DNA of 63,843 nt, counting the filler, from Vannella sp. (taxonomy: Eukaryota): the NCBI GenBank assembly GCA_023345925.1. It is 9 parts of 9 records of this genome, joined end to end, with 100 filler letters (N's around TTAATTAATTAA, not from the genome) between each part and the next. Parts side by side here need not be neighbours in the genome. Positions count along the whole stretch, not along the records: positions 21,436 to 29,408 come from JAJQQN010000322.1; positions 29,509 to 38,092 come from JAJQQN010000823.1; 7 more parts are not named here. The stretch is one strand, 5' to 3'. Below the pieces are notes generated by a model that had not been told where the DNA came from, searched no databases, and saw only the letters and a program-made list of their open reading frames with translations. Numbering within the stretch: the stretch's first letter is position 1; each line of letters opens with the position of its first letter. The translations under genes were made by a program, and so were the position numbers. This document shows, piece after piece, positions 22,242 to 34,700 of the stretch.

Positions 22242-23463
22242 TTAATATGGCCTGGGAGGGGCGCCGCCAGGTCGTGGAGGAGCGCCACCACCAGGGCGAG
22301 GAGGGGGAGCACCGCCAGGACGAGGAGGCGGACCGCCACCTGGACGAGGAGGAGGGCCACCAGGTCTGTCCGAAAGGTTAGAAGTGATCCAAGTGGTACC
22401 ATATCAATGCCTACCTTGGTCCTGCGGGAGCTCCAGGGCCAGGTCGTGGAGCAGGAGCGCCAGCGCGAGGAGGGGCACCAGCTCCAGAGACAGGTCGGGG
22501 AGCAGCTGCGGTTGGAGGAGCCGCAGTTGGAGGGGGAGCTGCCCGAGGAGGATTGGATGCAGCTGGGGGAGGAGCTGCCCGAGAGGCTGCAGGAGAAGGA
22601 CCACCGCTCGGCGCATTGAGGAAACCTCCTGAGCCACCACTTGGGAAGCTCTTTGCAGAGCTAGTGAACCTTGGAGGAGTAGGAAGAGAGGAGATAGGTT
22701 GGAACGTCCACCCATTCTCAGAGTCACCACCTAAGGAGAACAGCATCAGGTCAAGAGACGAGGAATAAAATAGCGTGTCTCCTACCTCCAAAGCTTGATG
22801 GTGCGGATGGTGGAGGAGCCTGAGCAACAGGGGGTGGTGCAGATGTTCGTGGAGGGGCTGCTGCAACCGGAGGAGGGGCAGATGTTCGTGGAGGAGCTGC
22901 CGCAACCGGAGGTGGGGCAGCTCGTGGTGCAGCTGCTACTGGCGGGGGAGTAGCTCGTGGTGCAGCTGCCACTGGGGGAGCAGCCTTATTGGGTACTGCA
23001 AAGTGGGATGGATGAGACGAGACCAAAACAAAGTGACAACTTACGAGAAGGAGCTCCGCCCCCGAAAGGATTGAAGCCACCACCTCCAGGAGTTGGTCGA
23101 GGGGCAGCACTGCTACCACCTCCCCCGGGAGTTGGCCTTGAGCCAGCGGTCTTCAAGGGGAGGGAGGGCATTCCACCTGCAAAGAGCCCACCGCCTCCAC
23201 CTCCTCCCATGGGACCACCACCGCCTCCACCACCTCCACCTCCTCCTCCAGGTTTACCTGCAAATGGATTAGACAAGACCCCAAGACGCACAGCCGAGAG
23301 ACGCACTCGAGAGGACAGGACCCGACTTATCTACTGTTTCCGTCTTCTTCAAACCACCCTTCTTGAACCCCTCAATCGAACCAAGCAAGTTCTTTCGCCC
23401 CGAATCACCTGGCGGGGGCTTAAAAGCAGCAGCTGACGGTGGGGGCGGGGGCGGAGGGGGCAT
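22242..23463 (-). CDS. WIP: WASP-interacting protein / verprolin-like (multi-exon)
   Basis: MPPPPPPPP start, WH2 RKNLLGSIEGFKKGGLKKTETVDKS, Gly/Pro-rich repeats, WASP-binding-like WTFQPISSLPTP. Confidence 0.8.
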
Positions 23464-23559
23464 GCTTGTGTTCACCCGCGAACAAGACACAATGACACCT
23501 CCCAACCCTCCCCTTCCTACTACCTTATTAATTTAAGAATTCTCTTCATTTTTATAGCC

Positions 23560-25048
23560 ATGAACGATTGGTTGGAGCCGGTGGAGCAAGCTGCTGAGGT
23601 GTTTCGCGCTTCGGAGGAGTTTGGAGGGCTTTCTCCTTGTGTGGGGGATACTACGATGGTGGAGGTGATGGAGAAGACGGCGAGTGTGTACTTTCAGTGG
23701 CTTTCGGAGCAGGGGCGGACGCGGATGGGGTTTGCAGGGGAGGAAAGGGAAGAGGTTCGGTTGGTTAGTATTCCTCCTGCTGGAGGGGACGAGTCTGGTG
23801 ATGATGGAAGGGGCCTTGGTGTTCTATTTCCTACGGATAGTGGTGAGAGCATCGAGGAGTGGCTCCAGTGGTGCCGAAATCACTCCTCTGCCCCAATGGA
23901 TGCGAGTTGTTGGGTCGCCGACAAGGAAGACTCTCTCCTCTGTGCTCGCCTGCTAGCGCGTGGCTTCTCATGTGGTTTCATATCAAACTGGCTAGTCTTG
24001 GACATGGAGAAACAGGCCCTTGAGTGTTCTGGTTACCAGATAATGGACCAAGTCACCTTTCAGGTTCTGGATCCCCAGCGGGATGACGAGTCAGTGTGGT
24101 CTCTCTGTGACGAAGGACATCCATGCTACAAGGACAGCCGACAAAAAGTCTCTCAAATGCACTCGGCAGCTCGTCAGTCAAAAGGGCGACTGATTCAATT
24201 CGCCGCCTTTCTTGGCAAAGAAGCCATCGCAAGTGCTACCTTGTACTTGGGATCATCTCCAGGAGGTGTAGCTGGACTGTATGAAGTTGAAGTGGTGCGC
24301 AAGTACCGTGCCAAGGGGGTGGGAAAGGCAATATCTTTCGCCACTTGCCGATATGCTCAGCTTCTTGGGTACCGTTATGTCCTAGGGAACTCATCTGATG
24401 AAGGAGTACCAATGTATTACAAGATTGGGTTCAAAGATTATGGCCGGGGCCGAGTCTTCTTCCTCAAGTCAAGTCAATTGACTCCTGAATTTGTGTCTCC
24501 CGATGAAGTGGCTTTGGTAGAGGCTATTGGAAGCGGTGATTACGTCCTCATCAAGGCCAACCGTTCTCTTAAGACGAGGAAGTTATCTTGTGGCATGTCA
24601 GCTGTTCAAATAGCTTTGTTTTTGGGGAAAATGGAAACGGCCAAGTGGCTCCAGTCCCAAGGATTCATCTTGGACATCATGTCCGCACACGAGTTTGGCT
24701 GGGGAGACGAGATTGGATTGTTGGTACGTGGACTTGGAGCCTCTGAGCCAGAGGGCTTTGACTTAACGGGGCATATAGATCCAAGAAAACCGGAGTTTGT
24801 TGGAATGGCGGAGAGGAGAACACCAACTAACGCCTCTGCATGAGGCAGCACGAGACAATCTGTTATCTCTAGCCCGGGTTCTACTCAAACAGAAGCCAGA
24901 CCTGTCAGCAGTGGACGAGACCTACGGAGGCACCGCTTTGGAGTGGGCTCTTCAGTGTGGGCACCACGACGTGGCCAAATCTATTCAAAAGGCGCAAGGG
25001 CAACCCACAAGGAAGGCAGCAAAGAAGAAAGGAAATAAAGCAAAGTGA
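23560..25048 (+). CDS. GNAT acetyltransferase with C-terminal ankyrin repeats (2 exons)
   Basis: Motif A VEVVRKYRAKGVGKAI and GVPMYYKIGF. A GTACGT...TAG intron joins to TPLHEAARDN...GGTALEWA ankyrin repeats. Confidence 0.8.
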
Positions 25049-25078
25049 CTTGAAAGTGTATTGGACCGAGAAGGACGT

Positions 25079-26175
25079 TTAGGCGGTCTTTCCAGCCAAG
25101 GGACTGGCCAGTTTCTGTATTAAGAGAATAAGAGACTCATTTGGAGCGAGTCTAGTCTACTTACAGCCTTCATCTCGGCCTGTCGGTCGGCCTCGTAGGT
25201 GCGGATGTCCTCGATGCTCATTCCGTGCCACTCGTCCATCCAGCAGAAGAGCTGTCTGTGGAACTTGGCGATGATGTTGTCTTGGAACTAACCAATGGAT
25301 GAGTGACCACCTTCCTGAAGTGAGAGTGGGGACCGTACGCCGAGGATGTAGCTCTCCACTCGGGTTTGAAGGCCAAAGTACTTGAAGTTGACGCTCACAA
25401 GCTTGTAAGCACACATGACGGGATCAGCAGCAGCAATCCATCCCTCAGCAAGAGGACCACGGCCGGTCTTCTCCGACTTGAAGGTGGTTGGTTCGGGCGT
25501 GTCGGGGACGGGCTTGATAATGTCCAGCTTGCTGACAACGCGCTCCTTCAACATGGTCTTGTCCAACTGGTGGACGTTCTCCTGCTCGCCTCTGTCGTTG
25601 GCGAAGTGGAGAGTATCCACGGTGTAGGTGAACTTCTCCCCCATCCAAGGGTTCTGTGCACAGGGTCCTGTGAGATTCCTCAGCTTTGGGTATCATACTC
25701 ACAGTCAACTCTGTCTTGCAGTGAGGGAAGGCGTTCCAGGCTTTCTCCTCAATCTTGAGAGCATCGGCAGGAGCAACAGCGGAGATCCAGCCAGGCACCT
25801 TGCTGGAGCCAAGGAGGGTCAGCAAAGACGGGAAAGGGAATAGTTTGAAGGACGCACGTTCCAAGATAGTAAATCTTGTGGGTGAACTGACCCTCCTCTC
25901 CGTTCTCGGCGAAAGGCTCGTTCTTCAAGACCTCCACACCAGAGTCGCCAGAAGTCTCCTGGCTGCTAGACTTGGCAACAGTGTAGAGCTGTCCAATGCG
26001 GTACTAAACCGTACCGATGCGAGGTCAACGACAGCCAAGCAGGGGAAAGGGGCAACAGAGACGAACCTCTTCAAGAGTCATGGGCATGGGGATACGGCTT
26101 CCCCATCACCAATAAGTCCCTATCCAACACAACGTCCCACGAGTAGCCAAGTACGTACTACTCAACAAGTTTCAT
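25079..26175 (-). CDS. PITP: Phosphatidylinositol transfer protein (START-like class; many short exons)
   Basis: [86 protein letters not shown]. Confidence 0.92.
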
Positions 26176-26297
26176 CGCTTTGGCTAACGGGCAAGGAAAG
26201 AATGACTTTGACGCATCAAGGCATAAAACCACGATTTTTACAAGATTTATAAATTTCCCATCCATTGGTTGCTGGTCCAGTGATGGGATGGCCTTGA

Positions 26298-28544
26298 TTA
26301 GGCGAAGAGTTCGTCGTCTTCATCTCTTTTGACGATTTGGACGAATACAGGAGCTTCGGGTTGCTCTGGGATGATGCGCCTCATGGCAAACTCGCCGTCT
26401 ATAGGTGGGGCGTTCGCTTGGGGAGCTCCGGAGGCGCGTGGGAAGGCTTGAGGAGGGGCGCTGTTTCGGGGATCAGGCTTCTTCTCCATCTTTGTCTTCA
26501 TTGCTTCTTGGAGGCTAACAGAAGCCACTCCAGTGTTCCCAACAGGCTTCTGTACGGAAGCTGGGCGCTTCTCTCTTCCATTGATGGCTGAAGAAGACAC
26601 TCCCAGTCCAGCTCTCAATCGGGTACTTGCCGTAACAGTTAGCAAGAGAGGAAGGGATACAACAGACCTACCTAGGCTTGGGATAAGTCAGCACAGACTG
26701 CGCCAGATCCTCGCCTTCTTCCTCATCGTAGGTCTGGAAGTGGAAAAGGACGCGCTGGGAGATAAGAACCTTCTTCTGCTCCAACAGCTTCAAGTCATAT
26801 GTGCAAGTCTCACTGAAAGAGGCCCAGAAGTTCTCTGAAAGAGAGCAGGGACTGGGAGGAATCCTCAGCAATCCCGCAGAAGAGGAGAAGTCGGCCAGGA
26901 TTACTGGCATGTTCAGCTTCCTATTGAGGTCCCACTCTTGCTCAGGTATGATGCCCAGCGAGAGGACAGCCACCTCATTGGCGTCCTGGCTGCGAATTGG
27001 CTGAAGTTGATATTGGACCAGAATGCCATTGGGAGTGAGTTGCAAGACTCTTCGGCTGTTTCCAGGGGTAAAGAAGCACTTGAAGAGGCTAAAGTCGGCG
27101 CTGTCATTGCCTTCGTAGGAAAGGCGCAGGCGATTGAGAGCGTATAGCACTTTGGGTCCAATGTCATTGGGCACACTTAATGGTTGGGCTTTGAGTGGTG
27201 GGGCAGCAGGAGTGTGGTCACCAATAGGTGGGTGAGTTCGCGGATTAACGTCTCCGCCTTCAGGGTTGATTGCAAACAGATGCGTTGTTCCCTTCGCTGT
27301 GCTCACTGCAACCCACTTGCTATCACTGGTAAAGGTAATACCAGTGATCACAGCGCTTGTGTGGCCACGATACAACGTGTAGATATTCGTCCCTCGAACG
27401 CAGCCTTCTTTTCTTCCAGCTTCCAAGTGCGCTTTCCCTTCCAATCGAATAATGTTGATACTGTTACCACTCACAGAAGCTGTGGTGAGGAGCATACCAC
27501 TTGGATTGAATGAAAGATGGGAGATAGGCTCCTTGTGGGCCTTCAGACGATAAACAATCTGGTCGCTCACAAGATCATACACTGCTATTGTCCCTGCCCT
27601 CTCTTCCAGGAGCTGCTCCCGCTCTTTTTCAGAGGGCGGAAGGAATACTTCCTGCTCTGAACCCATGTAGGTTGATACGGCGAGGGAGTAGGTGCTCTTC
27701 AACGTGCTGGCAACTCGAAAGCCGACGTCTTTGGCAATCTCGATGGTGGAGATGGGATCATCCAATGAGTCTCCTGACTCTTCCATTGTTGCAAAGGCCA
27801 ACCAGCGAGAACTGAGAGCGATGGCGCTATTGGGGAAGCAGACAAGGCGGTTCTTCGTCTCAAACACGTTGATTCGGGACAGGGTGATGGGGTTAAGCAG
27901 GTAGATACACTCAGGAGTCAACTAAGAAGCACCAGTGAGTCCTTAGCCCCCTATTTAGCCTTCTACGTACGACACAAAGAGCCCTCCGGTTGCATTGAAA
28001 GTCCAGGACCTTGTGCTTAAGGTGAAGCGAAGTGGCAGCATTCGTTCTCATAGAAACGAACTTGATGATGCTAAGAGCCTTCGTTTGGGTCTCATCCTCT
28101 TCCACAACTGCCAGGATCGGCCTAAGCCCCAGAAAAGGAGCTCCCTCTATCTCCTCCGCTATCGGAGTGGGTACAAAGCTCGCGAACCGGGAAGAGGAAA
28201 GTCCTCTCTCGGAGTAGATCTCAAAGACGTTGTCAGGGGAGGTGATGTCCCAAACCTGCACGCCGCGAGCGTAGAGAAGCACCAGGGCCTGACGCACTTC
28301 CCCTTGGATTTCAAACGTATCAAAGGTACATGATAGAACTCTCTCTCTCTCGTTAGGGCCACCTTTAGGCTTGCTCCACCAACCCGTGACACTGGAGGTG
28401 ATTTTGTTGAAATAGGTCGAGTTGTCCACACTGTGGGCACCCCATTAGCCTCTAGAACATCCCACGCACTCCACTACATGGCTTCACCAGCGCCATCACT
28501 CACCTGATGGCCCTGGGTACGGCCACTTGGCCCACCTCGGACAT
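26298..28544 (-). CDS. BCAS3: BCAS3-like WD40/PROPPIN-related protein (multi-exon)
   Basis: GVQVWDI, IALSSRWLAF, AHKEPISHLSFNPSGMLLTTAS, YTLYRGHTSAVI, DSKWVAVSTAKGTTHLFAINPEGG. Confidence 0.8.
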
Positions 28545-29408
28545 GGCTCCCAAAGAATGAGGTGAAATGTCCCAGTATCCTTTCTTGAGGTTGCGAATTC
28601 ATCTTTTTCGGAGTCAGAGTGAACCAAGCAGTTGATAGGAGTGACCCCAACTGGGTTTACTCTTCATCAGGCACTCTTCATCCCTTCAAGGCCCCCAAAC
28701 TGATGAAAAGAGGAGGACAGAGTGTCTGGCAAGGTGAATAGAAAGGACTTTAAGGTTTCCCTGGGAACAACAAGAACGGTCCTCATTTCATCTTGCGTTG
28801 AGAGAGGACTGGCGGACAATAAAGACAAGCAGAAGACGGTATCGTGAATCAAACGCAAGTCCGGGAGAGGCAATGACGGCCTAGAGAGTTAGTTGTTGTC
28901 ATTGCAAACATACTAGTATACCGCGATTCCGACAAACGTTCAAAGTGAAGTACTGCTGGAAAGAAGAGGTTCAGTTCGTTTTCAGTTTTTTCGTTGGTGG
29001 AGAGTCTGACGAAGATTTTTGGGGTTTTCTGATGTGGTTAAGGTAGTCCTGTATCTTTTCCTTGACTGTCGGGCACACCAGCTCCAGAGCAAATTGATTT
29101 TGTTGACAAAGATCAGACGCGTTCTGAAACCGGGTGGCGGTTTCTGCTCCTCCCTCCGTGAGTACTTTCGTTATCCCAAATCTCCTGATCTTTGGGTTCC
29201 TCGGGACTGAAGAAGCTCATCAGGCCAGCCATCGATACAATGTCATCCTCAAGGTGCACTCGTGTAGGCAGACCACAGATCACTGATCTGAGAGTGCGCT
29301 AAACCTCAATTCGTATACAAACGTATAGTTATGTTATGTTTGAGAGATACTGGTTGCAGTGTAGGTAAAGGTATTCGAACCTGCATGTCCTGACCGAAGG
29401 CAGAGCAT

Positions 29409-29508
29409 NNNNNNNNNNNNNNNNNNNNNNNNNNNNNNNNNNNNNNNNNNNNTTAATTAATTAANNNNNNNNNNNNNNNNNNNNNNNNNNNNNNNNNNNN
29501 NNNNNNNN
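29409..29508. other. Artificial contig spacer
   Basis: N44-TTAATTAATTAA-N44. Confidence 0.99.
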
Positions 29509-29578
29509 CGAAACTCGGGATCGAACCAAGGACCTCACGAACTTCAGTCGTGCGCTCTCCCAGCTGAGCTATTTCGGC
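29509..29578 (-). tRNA. tRNA-Phe: tRNA-Phe(GAA); last ~3 nt cut by contig edge
   Basis: GCCGAAATAGCTCAGCTGGGAGAGCG-CACGA CTGAAGT TCGTG-AGGTC-CTTGG TTCGATC CCGAG-TTTCG folds as a cloverleaf. Confidence 0.95.
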
Positions 29579-29872
29579 ACATCGAAATTTCGAGTTTTTG
29601 AACAAGTTAAAGCAGATAGTTGTTAGTGGTTTTTTGGGAAATTGTGTGAGCTCCTTTTCGGCAACCTGCGGCCTTTGTTCTCTTTTTTTGTTCTGTGTCC
29701 TTTTGGTTTTGTTGTTCTCTCCATGTTTGTCCCTTCATGTTTGTTGTTTTCGGTTTTGTATTCATTGGCTCTTCCAGGGTAGTTGTGGAAATGTGCCAAA
29801 AAGTAGAAACGGGAATTATGCGCCCTCGGATATCATTCGGAGAGGTAACGGTTGGATAGATTATGAGTGTTT

Positions 29873-31716
29873 CTACTCTAAGCGGACGAAATACCATCGT
29901 TTGAGCCAGTAGAATCGGTAGAACAACCAAGCGGCAATTCCAATCACGACAAGAGACAACACAACAGCCACTATCACAATGAGACTGACGAGGCCCCACG
30001 GTACTTTTTCCACAATAACAATTGGTGAAGGAGTTGTTGTTGGGGTTTGGGTTTGCGTGACGCTTATTGTAGGAGAATATGACTTGTCAATTGTAGAATC
30101 CTGGGATCGTGATGGAGTCTGGGTGACCCTTGGAGTCTCACTTCTTTGTTCTGACGATGAAGAGGAAAGGGAGCTACTGATTGTTGATGAGGGAGTGCCG
30201 GAACGACTGCTACTTCGAGTAGGCATTGCACTCTGTGTGGTGGAAGCGCTCCCGGAAGAACTTTTTGAAAGGCTGCCGGACTTTGAACCACTTCCTGTTG
30301 GAGTACGGGAAGGTCTACTTGTTCTAGTTAGTGTCACTGTATAGCTGGGTGTGGTACTGGGGGTTGTCGTGTTCGAGAAAGATGGACTAGTTGAGTTGCC
30401 TGAGAAACTGCATCCATTGCAAGTCGCGTTGGAGGGTTTATCTCGGACGGAGAAGCATTCATCTACGAAGGTATTACCCATGGGAACAGAGCACCACCCA
30501 CAGCGGTCGCTACTTTCACAGGAAGTGCAGTTGGGATAACTACACTCTGCGTCAAGTTAGTCACCCGATAAATCCCAATACCAATACGAAATGGAGTCAA
30601 CTCACTTGGGCATGAATCAAAGCTCCAGCTGCACGAAGTTGAGTTGATGAAATAAGGTCCAGCGGCAGTTCCATATGTGCACAAAGCTCTTCCAATTCCT
30701 TCCTCGCACCAACCACAGTTATCCGAAGCGACACAAGTTTGGCAGTCCCGGAAGTTTGGGCATTCATCTGTTACAAGTTAAACAGAGAACTTTTCTGATA
30801 CAAAGTCAAACAAAGCCTGCCAACTTACCATCGCACCCATTAACTTGAAAATCAGGGCACGAACTTGGCTGGTCCCGTGGTAAACAAGTCTGGCTGCTTT
30901 TGCACCATCCACAAGCCTCTTCAATGTCGCCTACACAAGTTGAGCAACTCGTGAAATCACTGCAGGGTGTCACAGCTTAGCATCTAGTCAGTTATCAAAC
31001 AAGAAAGAAAGTGAGATTCTCACTGCATTGGTCATATTCTGTTTCCCAACTGTCTGCTGGGCAGTCCGAGTTCCTGAAATTAGCATTGCCAGGGAGACAC
31101 GTACTTTCACTGAATTCAGTCTCTTGGCACCACGCACAACCAGTTTGCTGGTTGCAAACAGCACATGACGAGAACAGATAGCAATCTTCCACATTGCATT
31201 GAGATACACGAGGTATGTACTGATCGCATTGCACTTTGGCATGCGGACCACTGCTATTGCCTTGGACACAACGAGTATCGCACCATCCACAGCCAGACTG
31301 CGACGCACATTCACGGCATGTGCTTTGGAATGAGCAGACGTCGCTGTCTGAATCAGGCAAGACGATGAGAAGAGTATCAATGAGTCAGAGCAGACGTACT
31401 TGTGCAGGACGTGTACTTCCATAGACCAAAAGGGCACTGCTCGGGATCCCTCGGACCACCTACACCACCAGCAGTGCATTGAGGCTACACGGGGTATTCA
31501 CACTCCTGATCAGTTCTCCCTCTCGCTTCTGAACGCAAAGCAAAGCCCTACCGTGCCCGAATCGCACCACCCACACTCCGGATCCTGCACACACATCCGA
31601 CAGTCCTCATAAGACTCGCAATCCACCGCAGCCACCGGAATACGGATCCTCCCACCCAACGAAGACCCAAACAAGCAGAGAAGAACGACAAAGAACGTGG
31701 CCAGACCGGGAAGCAT
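29873..31716 (-). CDS. Type I membrane protein with multiple PSI-like Cys-rich repeats and Ser/Thr stalk (multi-exon)
   Basis: Signal peptide, repeated C...C..C....CGWC motifs, S/T-rich stalk, TM WGLVSLIVIVAVVLSLVVIGIAAWLF; 3' end uncertain. Confidence 0.8.
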
Positions 31717-31780
31717 GGCGGGCCCAGGAAAACTCCAAAAAAATGTTCCCCTTTCATTCTATCCCATTGGATTGGCGTTT

Positions 31781-34700
31781 TTAACGAAATCGAAGTTTTC
31801 GTAATTTTTTGGGAGGTTGGGAAGCCTCTGGCCGAGACTTTTTTGGTTTGGACTGTTTGGAGGTTGGGGGGGCTGCTGAAAGAGTGGAAGTGAGAGGAGA
31901 TGAAGTGGGTTGGGATGTTTGGTGGATTTGGTCGATGTGGCTGATGGCGGCTGCATGGCGAGAGAGGAATGCATCTCGGATAGAAGATGGCTTTCGAGGG
32001 AGTGGTTGGAATGGAGGTGCGCTGATGGGAAGGACTGGGGCGCCCATCAGAGCTTGTAAATCTTCGTTAAGGATAGAAGAAGAACGCTGTGGAACTGTTT
32101 GGTGAGGTGCATTCCAACTAGAAGCAATCGTGAGCAAAGGGTTATTGGTGGATGTGATAGGCTCTAAAGGGACTTCTTGATACGAAAGTACCAAGTGCTG
32201 GTCTAAAACTGCGAGCAGACTCCGGCAAAAGGCTGTTTGCTGACATTTTGAATGCAAACGGGCGATGATGGACCCTCGAAGGTGGATGCCATTCACCCAA
32301 TTCGACTGTAACAAAGCTCTAATAGGAGAACTACCATTCATAAGCCGTTCCACAAACTGGCTAGCCTCTGACAAATACGTGGAAGGCAAATCGGAGAAGG
32401 GAGCCCAAAGAGAGGGGTTCAGTAAGTGATCGAAGAGGAAGAGGAAGTTATTCATCTTCTCAGGGGTCTGCTCCGCGACTGTCAACCATTTGGAAACCAG
32501 AGAGTGCCACCTATCGAAGATCGGAAGGAGAGCTGTGCTAAAGGGAAATATACTTTCAGGGAGTACGTGGTACCATACAAGAGAGGGATTCTCCGACTGG
32601 ATGAGTGAGAGAGAAGAGTCGCTTCCTTCTAGTAGATCCAGCAGCCATTCGCAAGTCTCTGTTTGCTGGGTCGCTTCTTTGCACCAATCTCTTAATATAC
32701 ACAGTAACTCTCGCTGAGCTACACAATCGGAAGTGGACTTGAGAAGCGAGACAAAAAGAGTAGAAAGTGAAGCAACAGAATACGGAAAGAATACCTGAGT
32801 GAGCAAACGATAATACTGCTCCGTCTGCATCCTTTGAATCGTTGAAAATGGGATCTCCAGGTTACATGACAAGGTTAGCTCCCATTTCATCCAATGAGTT
32901 AAAGAAACGGTGTCTCTAGGAGTCAAAATAGAGACCCAATAGGCTTCAATCTGTTGGATACGCCCACCAAAACAGGATGAAGGTTCTCTCAATTCTCCAA
33001 GAACATCGCATCTTGAGAGAATCATTCGAAAGATACGATGAGAAGATTGGATTGATGGTTTCTGGTCAGCTAGTAAGGGATGGTACGACAGGAATAGGAG
33101 GCGCTGTAAGAGAATCGTAGAAGAGCCATCATTCTGAAGTAAAAGAGAGTTTCCACCTTCACTCAACATCATTTCAATCACATCCAATCGAGAGCACGAT
33201 GAAGGGGGTAAGGAGAAGCTGTCTGTTGTACAATCCAAGAGGGAAATATGGTCATACTGAAGAAGGTCCATTCTAGATCCTTCCGACAACAAAGAAAAGG
33301 TCAATTTGATACACGCGAAGAGCTGGGTTCCAGTAAACAGACCATTGGTGGACCACAGTGAGCGAAAGCAAAGTAAGATTGATTCTTCCGCGGTCCAATC
33401 GCGGAACTCAGAAGCAACAGAAACTAATTCTTTGGTCTGCAACGATGCAGAGGTTCTACTTTGCTCGAGTAACAGAAGGAAGAAGAACGTTCCAACTTCA
33501 TATGCGTTGGGTAGGCTTTCTTTTACATAGATTTGCAGGATGTTGCGAATTAATTCAATGCTAACAGGAGCAGGAATCTCCTGCTTAGAAAAGCCCGCTT
33601 TCAGCCACTCTGGAAGTGAACAAGAGTTCAGTTGAAAGAGGGTGTGATTAAAGAGTGATCCAGAGATGCCCAGGAAAGGGTAAAGAGACGCAGGAAAAGA
33701 AGCTGGTATCCTATACAAGTTCAAGGCTCCACCAGGTTTTGAGATCTTATCCAAAGTTGCATCGTCTGGAACTGTCTCCCTTTGTTCGCTCTCTAACAAT
33801 TTCTGGAGGAAGATGCTGACATTTGGTAATGCAGAGATATCTTTTGAAGACAAAGATGCGACGAGGTTCTGCCTAAAACTGGGCGATTCCAAAGACAATC
33901 GCTCAACAAGAAATGGCGCTATCCGAGGGTGCTCCTCCAAGACATTGCTGGCCCACCTTGAAAATGAGAAAGACATCGCTTGGTAAGAGCTTGAACGCTC
34001 TAATTTGAAATGCTGAGATACGTTCAACGCTAGGTCCAGAGCTATTCGTTCGCAACCGATCATTAGAAACAGGCTCAGGATAGCCTCCCATAAACTATCT
34101 ATCCTTCCTTGTATAGCACATTCCGCAATGAGTTCTATCATGACTGCCATTGCGCCTGTATAATCTCCCTTAATAAAAGGATGAGGTCCAAACAAATACA
34201 AGGAAGTGGTAAATACCTGAGAAAACGGAGTACTTTCAAGATCCAGCTTAAATCTCTGATAGAAAATCCTAACACTTCTGATAAAATGGAGCACCAACTC
34301 TCTCTTAGTAGGGAATACTTCGATGATTAGCTTTGCCAAAGATGAGCGCTGATCAGGGGATAACCGAAGCTTTGTTGTATGGAAGATGCTCACAATGTTT
34401 TGAAAGAAGTTGTGGCAGAAATAGGTTAAAAAAGCTCTCCCGGTTAGTGCTTGGGACACCTGCCCCAGACAGTGTACCCAATCGGTGGCAGAGAGTATTC
34501 GTTGTTGAAGCGTCCGGAAAAGAATTTGAAAGATTTCAGTGTTTGCTAAAGAGTATCCTATCGACTTTCGATCGAGAAAAGTAAAAATGGCGCAAAGAGA
34601 ATGAGTTATTGGGAGTAAATGTGACGCCAGAGGGACAGAGATTCGCTCAAAAGCCTTCGCAAGAGAAGCAATAGCAATAGTTGAGTAGCCAGAAGACCGA

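Noticed and set aside
22242..23463. GC-rich short repeats as satellite or mobile DNA
   Set aside because: They encode the Pro/Gly/Ala-rich repeats of the WIP-like protein.
24723..24843. Apparent programmed frameshift between the GNAT and ankyrin ORFs
   Set aside because: Explained by a canonical GTACGT...TTAAC...TAG intron.
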